Source of the DNA: Balanoglossus misakiensis | Taxonomy: Eukaryota > Animalia > Hemichordata | Direction: 5' to 3' | Length of the DNA stretch: 64,000 bases | Assembly (NCBI GenBank): GCA_040954595.2 | Contig: JBECUI020000024.1 | Span: 186,001-250,000 of the forward strand | Part shown: positions 36,585-48,600 of the stretch, piece by piece | How positions within the stretch are numbered: position 1 is the first letter of the stretch | Layout: every line of letters starts with the position of its first letter | Made by a program: the position numbers and the translations under genes | Notes under the pieces: model-generated | What the model was told of the DNA's origin: nothing | What the model saw: only the letters and a program-made list of their open reading frames with translations | Database searches by the model: none

Positions 36585-37595
36585 GTCTTTGAAAGTAATA
36601 TAAAGTAATTCAGGGCTAACCACTCATCGTTTGTGTGGTTACTTTGAAAATTCTATTTTATACCCACCAAAACATCAAAAGGGACAGCTCAATGGCAATA
36701 TTACACTTTGTCTGTAATTGCAACTCTACATCCTTCCAAAAAGACAAAATACAGTCGCATTCGAAAAATAAATGTATAAGGATTTCCTCATAATTTTCAC
36801 AGAAGGTGCATTTCACAGAATCGCATTTTCCCCCTTATCTTTAAAAATGTATTTGTAGTACAGATTCTACAAGCAATTCTGAATTGAAAATTACGCAAAG
36901 TAGAATCCTTTGTTACAATAAATGGTAAAGCATAGTGTAATTGCGAATCAAAATTCCGGAAGAGGTCTTTCCATTTTTGCGTACATCTCATCGGTTTAAG
37001 ATTATTCTTCAAAAATAAGTAAAATAGAGTAGGTTTTTTTCAGGATCTATTTGTGTAATACATGTTTGGGTGGGCATTATTTACAGAGCCTTGTTGCTGA
37101 ATCTTTCTGAACCGTGATCTTGGAAAAGCGTTGATTAAACCCATATGAAGTTTGGTGAAAAATTATGTCTGTTACTAAAATCTTGGAAAGATAAAATGGA
37201 ACCGGAAAAATCTAATAAATCCGAAATATACATTACAACATTATCATACCAGTTTTTATAAAATATGGTAGCGTTGTTAACTTTCAGCTCTGGTTGAACC
37301 ATATACACTTTTTTATGTTATTAATAGGGTCGGGGGGGGGGGGGGTATAGTTTTTGACCAACATAGTAGTACTAGGTACCAGAAGCTATGACGTGAAAAT
37401 CTGTTTCTGGCAAACTCCACGACCTGAGCGGGGGTGAAGTGGGTAAGATAGCAGGGGATATACCCACAGTTTAAACATTTCTATCCACTGAGAATATTGA
37501 TTGGACATTAATCTGTTAATCCACGAAGCATGCACTGCTTGAACGAATGAGGGAAGATGGGTCATTCGCAAACCCAACTCATCACAATTACAACA
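36585..37595 (-). pseudogene. L1/Tx1-clade LINE ORF2, 3' fragment
   Basis: LGLRMTHLPSFVQAVHASWINRL; TKDSTLRNFQFRIACRICTTNTFL; FFECDCILSFWK (C-terminal Cys region). Continues the 55136-57272 fragment once the HINE block is removed. Confidence 0.8.
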
Positions 37596-39908
37596 ATATA
37601 GCTGCAAGCAGCAATAGCGGGCCCAAGCCAACATAGCACATAGCAACATAGCAATAAGCATATCTGCTCTGGATGCCAAGATATGGTAAAGTAGGTCAAA
37701 GGTCACCTGAGTTCATGCAGAATTTGGGCAAGAAATTTTGACCCTATACTGGTCCATGTTCAACAGAAACCAAATTTATAACCCTATTGGTTAGCCTGGA
37801 ATTAGGTATGCACATAATTAATGAGTTAGGCAGGTGTCACAGGTGACCCCCAGTGTTGCCTTTTCAATTTTAGTCGCAACCCTCCAAACGCCAAGTCTGT
37901 ACCTGCTCTGGATGCCAAGATATGGTAAAGTAGGTCAAAGGTCACCTGAGGTCATACAAAATTTGGGCAAGAAATTTTGACCCTATACTGGTCCATGTTC
38001 AACAAAAACCAAACCTATAGCCCTATTGGTTAGCCTGGAATTAGGTTTGCACATAATTAATGAGTTAAGCAGGTGTTACAGGTGAGCCTAAAATTTTGCC
38101 TTCTATTTTGGTGCCATTGTGCTCACTGACCAATAGATAGTCACTGTACAAGACTATTGCACAGACCAGAATTCCACAATAAGACATGGACATAGCTTAA
38201 CCATAGAGGTATAAGTAAAGGTATAAATTTAATAAAAAAATTGATATAAAAAAATCGGTCGATTTTTCATATTATTTTTTTCCGCTTAAAATTATTGACA
38301 AATGCTAGGCTAGCTGCACACCAAAGTTGGAGATGATCGGCCTAACAGATTTTGAGATATGTATGCATATTTATCCAAAATAATATGTTGTCATAGCTTT
38401 ACTATGTAAAGTATAGGCACATGGCTTGGGCGAAAAATATGAAAAATAATACTTAAAAATCTTCTTCTCAAAATTCTCAAAATCTGAACAGAATTTTGAT
38501 ATCTCCATTCATATGCAAATTAGGTCGATTTGAAAATTTTGCCCATATATGGTCATCAGGTCACATGACTTATTAAACATTCACAAGGGTACTGCACTAG
38601 CTCTCATTGGCCTGCACCATTGTGCCAAGTTTGAAATTGGTAGGTTTAGCAGTTTTCCAGATCTACCTCGCCAAAGAAAACGACAGAAGAAGAAAAAGAA
38701 GTAGAAGAATATAGCTGCAAGCAGCGATGACGGGCACAAGCTTAAGCCGAAGGTCAAAGGTCATATGTGGTCACCCAAAATTTGGGCAAAAAGTTTTGAC
38801 CCCCATACTAGTCCAGGTCCAACAGAAACCAGACCTCTAGCCCTATTGGTTTGTCTGAAATTAGATATGCGCATAATTAATGATGTAAAGTGTAAGACTC
38901 TATCAATAGTTCGATCCATCCAAACACAAATGCTGTACCTGTCCTGGATGCCGAGATATAGGAAAGTAGGTTAAAGGTCACCTGAGGCCATCCGAAAGTT
39001 TAGAAAATATTTTTGACCCCATACCAGTCCAGGTCCAACAAAAATCAGGCCTCTAACCCTATTGGTTCGCCTAGAATTAGATATGCACATAATTAATGAG
39101 GTAACGTTTCAGGCTTCATTAGTAGTTCCATGCCTCCAAATGCCAAGGCTGTATCTGCGCTGGTTGCCGAGATATGGTAAAGTAGGTCAAAGGTCACTTG
39201 AGGTCATCCAAAATTGGGCAAGAAATTTTAACCCCATACTGGTCCATGTTCAACAAAAATCAAACCTCTAGCCCTATTGGCTACCCTGGAATTAGGTATG
39301 CACATAATTAATGAGATAAGCCGGTGTCACAGGTGAACCCTAATTTTGTCTTTTCAATTTTAGTCACAACCCTCCAAACGCCAAGTCTGTACCTGCTGTG
39401 GATGCCGAGATATAGGAAAGTAGGTCAAAGGTCACCTGAGGTCACCCAAAATTTGGGCAAAAATTTTTGATCCCATACTGGTCCATGTCCCACAAGAACA
39501 AAACCTCTAGCCGTTTTAGTTAGCCTGGAATTAGGTATGCACATAATTAATGAGTTAAGCAGGTGTTACAGGTGAGCCTAAAATTTGGTCTTTTATTGTG
39601 GTCCCATTCTGCTCACGGGCCAATAGAGAGTCACTGTACAGGACCATTGCACAGCCGACGTGGACATAGCGTCATAGCTTAAAGGCACCTAAGCTGTAAC
39701 TGTGGGCATTATTTTCATTATTTTACATTCAAATGAAAGATTGCTCATGTAGATATACTTATTGAAGCGTACATAAACACATATATCTGACCAGCGACAA
39801 AAATCGCACGCGTAACTACGAGCAAGACATATAATAAAACGTTGCGGCAAGCGATTATGGCGGCGTCCAGGGCAGGAGTACACAGATTACACAGAAAACG
39901 CGAGTCTC

Positions 39909-39918
39909 GCGCATGCGC
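39909..39918. promoter_or_regulatory. Palindromic GCGCATGCGC (NRF1/P3A2-type site) upstream of the transposase ATG
   Basis: Consensus match ~20 bp before AACATGGCG in a CpG-rich stretch. Function is inferred only. Confidence 0.35.
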
Positions 39919-39938
39919 AGTAAATTCTTCACGAGAAC

Positions 39939-42900
39939 ATGGCGTCCCGCACAGCTAAACGTCGGCCAGGCCGGCCGGCTGTGACAGACTCGGCGAAGAA
40001 GAGGAGACAGCAACAAAGCAATTTGACAAAACGTCGGTCCATGGTGTATATCGGACGACAGATGGATAGATGGATTGAATTAATCGACGAAACAGGGCTT
40101 TCAAACCCCGATTTGGCCGAGGAGCTGATTGATTGGTAAGTAGGACGGGCTTTCGAACTGCGGTGATGCCTTGGACAAATCAGCAATACACGTACATGTA
40201 CATGTACTATATCCAACGATCGTCATATTTTGGCCTTTGAAATGACATTTTTTGACCATCCAAATGTTCGGAAATACCAAAACTCGAATCAAAATCACGA
40301 CAACATCGCCTATGTTCGGTGCGTCACTGTCAACGTAGTGAACAACCCTTTGTAGTTTTTGTTGGCATGTCAATGTTTACACACTGTGTAAAGTGTAAAT
40401 CGTCATTTTAACTCTTCATCTAAATCTTCGTCCATCGTGTTCTTTTGTCCGCCGGTTTCAAATCCGTAAGATTTGTTAAACATCTGATCAAAATATTTCG
40501 ATTTCTGATCTTGTCACAGTTACAATAAAAACCGAAATGAACAGTCACCGGACTCCCCAGACCAAGGTACTACATTTCAGCCTGTTCCAAGCACGAGTGG
40601 TCAAGCTTCGTCACATGTGACGGTTGGCGTTGAGCCATTGCAGCAAGACATTTCGTGCTCATCTTCAGTTTCATCTGGTCATGGGTAAGTAATATTTTTA
40701 ACCTGTTTTGTATAAATCGCCCATACCATTGTCGGTTAACTTGTTATCAGGTGTGTAAGAAGTTCAGGTTTGTGTTCAACATGGGTTCATGCATGTAAAA
40801 CAGGGTTCAATCCTGCAAACAAAGGGACAATCCATTTACATTGTACTTCACAAATAAACCAAGTGCAGCTCTCTTGATCTCAAACACAAACATTTGAGTC
40901 AAGTAAATCTGTTCATCTTTTAGACACTAGAGAAAAATCAGGATTGAATAACAATATTATCTAAATTGGTGTTTGTACAACTTCATAATTTATGGGTACA
41001 TGTATTTTTAAAGGAAACGACCCTCCAAACATCCTCGAAGTTCAACACCCACTGCAGGCCAACAACATATTGCAAGAATGTCTGAGATGTCAGAGATGTC
41101 ATCAATTGTGTCCAGTGATCATGGGTAAGATTTTTTATTCATTTACTCAGGGCTCTACCTAGGCATTTGCTATTTACAATCATTGCATTTTATGTTCTTT
41201 TTGACCTATGGTCCATAACAAGACAATCTGGCAATTTAATGGTCATAGACCTAGTAGTGGTAATAGCTTTTGCTTTTGGACTGAGTATACTGTGCCTTAT
41301 AGTCTGCTAGTATAACACTATAACAAACTTTTCTACAAGTCAACATGGGTATTATAATACTACTTTCAAGTTTCAAAATATGTGAACAACAATTTGTGCC
41401 AATTTCTAAAACTTGTTTGAATGTTTCAGGGAAACGAGTCAAATGTCAGGAATAGAAGAACTCCCTGCATTGTCTGGCTCAACCAAGACACAAGATAAGA
41501 CAAGGTATGTAACAAATTTCTGTACCATGTGGTCAAAATGAGAAGCAGTTTTTATCAGGACATCTGAATTTTAAGTTTGTTATGACAGAAAGTTTGACAA
41601 TAACAATAATGTTTTAATGATTTATTTTACAGTGATAAAACCAGAAGAAGAAAGAGCACAATGACTGAATCATTTGTAGATCCATTTGAGTAAGTGTATG
41701 TTGGGCATATTTGTACATGGAACATGCTAGATTATATCCACAACAAATGTAAAAAAAATTATGTATTGTTGGTGATTCATGTCATTTTAAGATTAGTCAA
41801 AACTGTAATAAAAACATTATTATTTGAGTGAAGAGAAGTTGTGAAGTTGCCAGAGTTACAGAGCTAACTAATACTAATGTCAAAGTGATTAGTACTATAA
41901 AGTTGAACAAATACCTAGAATTAATTGTTAGTGGAGCTTTAAACTTTTGGGTTAAATCTATTTTGTTTGATTTCCCATTTATATTTTCATCCATGCATAT
42001 CTTATCATACTCTACAGTGTGACTATAGATATAACAGGAGATTTGAATCAAGATCATTACCAAGGTTCTGATGAAGACGATGACGACCCAGACTATGAAC
42101 CCAGTATAAATTTAACCATTCAGTGAGTATTTTCATTTTTAGAAGTTTCATTTCTAAATTTCTGGCCTACCTTCCCATTTCCCCCCATTTTTTTTCCTTT
42201 GACTTTAATTGAAATTTCATTTTACAGACCCCGGGGAGTGGACCTAGAGGATCTGGCATCCGAAAACTCGGAGAATGAGGATGACAGTGATGATGACCAG
42301 GACCAGGAGAACACTGAAGAGACCCATGAACAAGATGAAATATCTCCTGGTATTGTGAGGGTGCAAATGGGCACAGATGTTGACAGCCTCCTTCAGGAGA
42401 AGTTTTATCTAATATCACTGCAGCAGCTTCTCTTGTTGGCTAAAACAGTGAAACAGTCAACGTGCCGTGAAGGAAATTGCAACGAAAGTCTGACAATTTC
42501 ATCTCAGTCTGTTGGGTCAGCTCTGTATTTGTCATGGGTACGTGTATTTTTTAGAAAATGTTGATAAGTGATATTGTTTCATACATGCCTTATGTTCTAA
42601 ACTCACAAATTTGAAAAAGAAAAGAACTGAATATTAACAGCCAGCTTTTGTGCATCCCTTAGTGTTAAACTGTGCAAAGTTGTAGAAAGGAAGTCATATT
42701 TATATGATGTTTGATGTATATTTTTTTAGGTTTGCCCATCTGGCCACCTGGCTTACAAGTGGTGCTCTCAACCTCTCCTTAACAGAAGGCTTCATAGTGG
42801 CGATTTATTGACGTCAGCTGCTATTCTCACGTCAGGCAACAACTACACTAAAATAGCATTGTTTGCCAGCATGTTGAATCTGAACATAGTCAGTTCCAGT

Positions 42901-45803
42901 ACGTATTTGAAGATACAGAGACATTACCTGGTGCCAAGTGTTGATCAATATTGGGAGACTCATCAGCAGGAAATTGTAAGGAAACATGCCGACAAAGAAC
43001 TTGTGATAATGGGTAAGAAGAAATCATTGCACCTAAACATGTTAGAGAGTTCCAAATTTCAATTGCTGTATCCTTGTATATTAGAGTTTTTCATAAGTTT
43101 GTTTTGAAATTGTTAATCACAGTCCTGAAATGTGAATGTTTATGACACCTATGTAAAGACATAATTATCTCAACTGTAAGCAGTCTCCCTTATTATAATA
43201 GAGACTTGATATTATAAACCATGTAACCCCAAAGTAGGTGCAGCTACATGTCTTTCTGTATATTCATAATGAATTTTCTTAGTGCCAAATAGTAATCAGT
43301 TTACAAAAAATGTCCTATACTAAGTATTGTTGAAAACTATACCGATAATACTCAAACATATGTTTCCTTTTATTTTGAAAGGTGATGGGAGGATGGATTC
43401 CCCAGGGTTTTGCGCCCAGTATTGCTCATATACGTTCATGGAGTATGAGTCAAAAGACATTCTCGACATCATAACATTGGACAAAAGGCAGACGGAAAGA
43501 AAGTCTACAGTGATGGAGAAAGCAGCATTTCAAAAGACGTTGGACCATCTATTGGCCCAAGAGGCAAAAGTCATTGAAGTGACGACGGATTCTCATTCCC
43601 AGATTTTAGCTTTGATGAGTAAGTTTGAAGCTCAGCTAAATACAACTTTAATGCAGTTTTTATCCTGACTACTCAAAAATTAGTGTCATTTTTTCAATCA
43701 AATATGTTTTAAAACTATTGTTATTCCATGTGCATAGAAAAAGTGCATGCCTGTTTTGTCACATCACATAAACCCTTGTTTTTGTCACAATTTTATAGGA
43801 AACCGATATGGCAATATCAAGCATTCACTTGATGTGTGGCATGCTGCCAAAAATCTTGGGAAAAAAATAATCAAGGTGAGTCAATTAAATTTTCATTTTG
43901 ATATGCAGGAATTCTGACGGTGACTTGGTCACTTATTTTTTTTAAATAGACAGACAGGAACTCTATCATACAACAATTCCCATTTGTGATAACCAAATAG
44001 CTCTGTTTTCTATATGACATTGCTTTAGAATAAATCTCTCTATGTATGCCATCAAACCGTAAGACTCAAGGAAAGGCCTGTTTAGTTGCTATGAAGCTCC
44101 ATGTTTTCCCCTTATTCAGGCTGGTCAGGAGAAGGAGTGTAAAGCTCTTCTACAGTGGAGCCGACATATTGTGAACCATTTTTGGTACTGTTGTGGCAAG
44201 GCTACTACATGTGATGAGTTTAAGGTACGTAATAATTTGTTGTTTGCTGTATAAATGGCTTTCCAGGAAGAGACATTGGAGAGATTTGTATGCCTTTGAT
44301 GTTTTTTGAAGACAAGGGCTACTTATCACTCATGCATTAATTCTGTCTACTGTACATCAATCTCATCTAAATTTTCACAAGGCTGCAGCTGTGAATCTCA
44401 CAAGTCAATCGATGATGGTATAATACAATGTTTTGTTAAAATATACTACAAGTGAAGTTGCGAGAAATGTTGGTTGACATTGAATTATCGCACTGAAAAG
44501 TAAATTGTTTTTTTCTTTTCCTAATCACATGAAAATCTATTGACCTGCTTAGTGAGAACACATGGAACTGCAGATTATCAGATCTGTATCCCAGCATATC
44601 TTAGTTTGCAACAAAATACCAGTAACAAGCGGTTCTCATGTTATTTACAGGGACTTTGGTGTGGTGTTGTTCACCATGTGGTGAACGAGCATTCGTGGGC
44701 ACTTGCCTACTGCCAAATGCCCTGGTCAGAATTGTTTTTAACAAGCAATTCCTCAGTAAAGTGGATTACTTGATTAACTTTAGGTAAGGAGTTGAATTAA
44801 TTTTATGTCTTTCTTATAAAATCATGGTACATGATATCCAGTTTGGTATTTGGTGTATGTATGGTAGTGTTTCCCAGGTATGATTTGACTAATATCAACA
44901 TGAGTCACATCCAGTTTACATGACTATTATTGTATCCATTTTATTTATACTTTCCTGGTGGTCACCAGTTTTGCCAACAAGCTATGCATGTATGTGAATG
45001 TTTAATTTAACTCTTACCATGCATCATGTTTTTCAGGAGTACTGCAGAACTAGAGACATTCCAACAGCATATTTTAATGTATGCAGGGAAGAGATATGCG
45101 TACACACCACCCGTGTACAGAGCGAGGAATAGGCTGGCTGCCATAGACCACAATGTTCACAATGACAGGCCAGTCAAGAGGAAAAAGAATGGTGAAGTTG
45201 TGTAAGTTCTTCCTACTGATGTATTTTTTATTATGAGTAGTGAATTGGTGTTGTACCTACTTATCAGCCAAAATTAACATGTCCTTTGCACTTGCTGTTG
45301 AAATTGAACTAATTAGTTTAACACACAATAACTTGATTTGGGGTCACGTATAGTCATTATATTGGCCATTTTTTTCACAGCTTTAGTAGCATTATGTGCT
45401 CAAATATATTAACGACCATAGCTTTCTTTTCTTCAAATTGAAAAATTAGTAGTTCAGATATTTTAACACTTAAAATCTAGGTATTGACACATTTCCAAGT
45501 AGATTTGAATGAATTACATCATATCATTATACTTGATGCAGGCTTCATAGGCGCTTCAACAAAAAAAGCAACAGATGGAGTGTCTTCCAAGAGAAAGAGA
45601 AAAAAACCTACCCACACATCACAGACATCAAGAGAATTATCCTTGAAAGGCGTTTACAAGACCGTGAAGGAATGCAGAAAAGAAAACCTATGGAGGCAAC
45701 AGATCCAAGGAGGATTTCTGCTCACCTGGCGTCCCTACCTCCACAACCAACGGCAACGATAGCACAGGAAACTGTGTCGAGACGGCAGTCCTCATCAGTG
45801 TGA
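39939..45803 (+). pseudogene. Kolobok-type DDE transposase, 14 exons, ~760 codons, frameshifted in exon 12
   Basis: Hand-spliced GT-AG exons: 39939-40135, 40520-40684, 41014-41124, 41430-41504, 41633-41689, 42018-42122, 42228-42537, 42730-43012, 43382-43618, 43799-43875, 44120-44224, 44651-44783, 45037-45201, 45542-45803. Phases are consistent except in exon 12. Motifs: CPSGH..KWCSQP, SGNNYTKI, GDGRMDSPG, VTTDSH, LDVWH, IVNHFWYC, STAELETF, YAGKR, LAAIDHN. Confidence 0.85.
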
Positions 45804-45821
45804 TCTGATATGTATTTGATC

Positions 45822-46000
45822 TGTCCCATTTCGTGTGTGTGTGTGGGACCTTATGGAATGGGTTATGTCTGTCCACATAACAAAAATTGAAAGTGCTTGG
45901 TATACCAACTCGATATTTGGTGTGAAGATGCAGGACGGGCTGTAGATGGTAGTTTGTTCAACTGAAGTTGTCATCTGCAAAACTATGCAAATGAGCTTTA
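45822..46000 (+). mobile_element. Fragment of a GGTCCCAT-type HINE in the transposase 3' UTR
   Basis: The reverse complement resembles 62660-62880 (CCATCTACAGCCC, CACACCAAATAT, ATGTGGAC, CCATAAGGTCCC). Confidence 0.6.
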
Positions 46001-46288
46001 AAATGTGAAAATTGTGATTTGAGTCACCATGGTTATTTCAAATGGTTGCAAAATTAGAATTTATATAATCTTGTAGCAATTTTTGCCTTTTCCCCCCTTT
46101 AAAACAGTGATATTTGTGTTTTCTGTGAAAGTGATTGTCTGATAATCATTGTCAGATATGAAACAAAGTCTTACCTGCTTGTCAATGCAACCTGTGATAT
46201 ATTCTACATGAATTTAGTTACCTTTTAGTAGAGATGTAGTCTGTTTTACCAAAAAACAACAACAATTATATACATTTTAAAAAGAAAC

Positions 46289-46303
46289 TTTATTTTCAAT
46301 AAA
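46289..46303. terminator. Back-to-back polyadenylation signals between the convergent genes
   Basis: TTTATT-TTC-AATAAA gives AATAAA on both strands, in the AT-rich gap between the two stop codons. Confidence 0.5.
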
Positions 46304-46556
46304 CATAATTACTGTTTCAAACATAACAAAAGTTGTCACTTTTTTCACAATAAATAAGATAATAAACATTCAAAATAAGAAAAAAAGAAAGAAAAATAAG
46401 CTAACGTAAAACAAACTAAATAGTACTTATATGTAAATAAAATTATGCATTCCCTGCATAAACCCTGAGTTCTTTCGATCTTAAAATCAATAATTGCGTA
46501 AAATGAGGTAGTGGAAAATATAAGGAAAAAATTGTAAATAAAATCATGTTGTTACT

Positions 46557-48600
46557 TCACGCAAAACGGGTTGGGATAAACCCTGTGTACTGTCCGAAGT
46601 TGTCAGGGTATTTATCCCATATACCCCAAACACAACAGCTCGCGATAACTTTCCGGTTGCCAGCTCCCAGTTTTCCGTGCTGCCACAAAATAAACTGGCG
46701 GTAGGCAGCATGCCTGTTGCACTTATTGTAATCATCGAAATCATTAGTAGCCATGATATCCATTCTGTAGGCCCGAGCTACTGCCAATACCCCTTCATGT
46801 AAGCAGATGACTCTGAAATCCTGGGAAAATATGAATTGTTTCAATGAATATTTTTCGAAGAAATGTTGCAATGTAGCAATATCAGTCTTCTGAAAGTTTT
46901 TGTACCTTTGAAACACTGAAATATGAATTTTATGTACACATGCCTAACTACGCCTGCACAAACTATCACAGGATCAAATCCCACCTATTTATCTCCCAAA
47001 TGGGGGGGGGGGTGTCGGTGTTTTTCTAGTTAAACATTGGTGCAAATGTCTTTGTCAACTCGCTACCTTGAATTGTAAATTCAGAACCTACACGTGAGCA
47101 TGGGCAGGGAAAATCAGGTTAAAAGAGAAAATTAATATCTTCATATCTTGTACGCTGATTTTTGTTCTTGAAAAATGTGGACAACAAGCTGTTGTGCATT
47201 CAGTTCATAAACATACTTACAGGTAATCTAGATATACAAAACTCGGGCAGCTTCCCACAACATTTCCTCTCTGGAAGTGTTGGCATCTGCCTGCAGTTTT
47301 CACATATACACCATTCTGGAGTGTTTGTTGATGGTTTAGGATGGTAACCTTCTTCATTATCCTGACACGGCACTGCCAAATCAAACACTAGACTGATGTC
47401 TCTCTCTACCACCTGCAACAACAGATCATGCATCTGTTCTTGCGTCATTTTCTGCAACATTTCCTGAAAATTAGATATTATTATTATTATTATTATTACG
47501 GTGAAGGCTATAAGCTGATGTCAGTTTATGTCCGATTATTATCAAAGCAAATTTTTACTTACGCAAACAGTATTTTTTCTTTCCTGCACATCTCGTAAAG
47601 CTTCATCTGCTCTTGTATCACCTCTTCCTCTTCCTCTTCCTCTGCCTCTCCCCCTACTTCTCTGTCCTCTTGTTGAACCTCTCACCCTGCCCCTTTGATT
47701 CCCTCTTGTTTGAAATTCAGTTTGAAATTCAGTTTGTGAACTGTCAGAAGATGCCTGCAAAATGAGTGAACAAGAAAACTTTCAGAGAGTGGGCAGAGTA
47801 GAAACATAACATTGATATTTTCCCTAAGCCACTTGATAAAAAGGTGGCCTTTGCCATAATAATCCACACAAAGAGTGTGGTAAATCCGTCAGTAAATTTC
47901 CCATGCCATTCTACTTCCATCCAATCTAAATCCCCTAGCAAAAGGACAGCATGTTTGTCCTTATTATGGTATCGCCATAGCAACGTTATAGTCAGTGCAA
48001 ACAACGTCACTTGTTGTATGCCACGTGTTCTTTGCCTTGAATAGAAAGTGGTCCGTTTTGCCTTATGATTCGGAAATTCACGGATATTACTAAGATTGTT
48101 CACTATTAAACTGAACCGCCCGGGCGTACAGCGGAAACACATTTAGCCATACTATAGGTATGTGTGTTTCCGGCTATACACGGCCGTGAAACACCGGAAC
48201 ACACAGAGGTCGATGCTCATGTCACAAATACGCGAATACGATCGTAACTACACAACCCAAACGCCATATTACAAACTAACAACATTTCTGAGTAAATCCA
48301 GATTCAAAACGAATTACTAGTCATGTAAAAAATATGCGAAACCACCTCGTATTCCACACGAACCACGATGGGACCGAGAGTAGCGTAAGCCATAAACGCG
48401 TATGTATGGCGACGAGCATAACAAGCTCTGGTTCCTTGACATTTGATCGATCAAGCCTAAAACTGTAGTAATATCATCTTTGTTCAAGTGAAACATCGAA
48501 CTGAAGAACATTTAGCAATAAAAAACGAGGTTTGAGGAGGCAGAAAACACGTGAGTTTGTTTACAAAATGGACATACGTTACCTCATATGGTGCGTCCAT
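46557..48600 (-). CDS. KolX-like protein resembling the P2X7 cytoplasmic ballast (Zn-Cys) domain, 4 exons, ~238 aa
   Basis: Exons 48600-48583 (MDAPYE, tentative), 47754-47563 (RG-rich), 47463-47221 (WCICENCRQMPT..ERKCC...C), 46820-46557 (FRVICL...RHAAYRQFILWQHGKLGAGNRKVIASCCV..I.DKYP...YTGF). All introns are phase 0 GT-AG and there is no internal stop. Confidence 0.85.

Noticed and set aside
46557-47463. Host P2RX7 gene
   Set aside because: Only the C-terminal Cys-rich domain is present, there are no channel exons, and the gene lies inside transposon TIRs.
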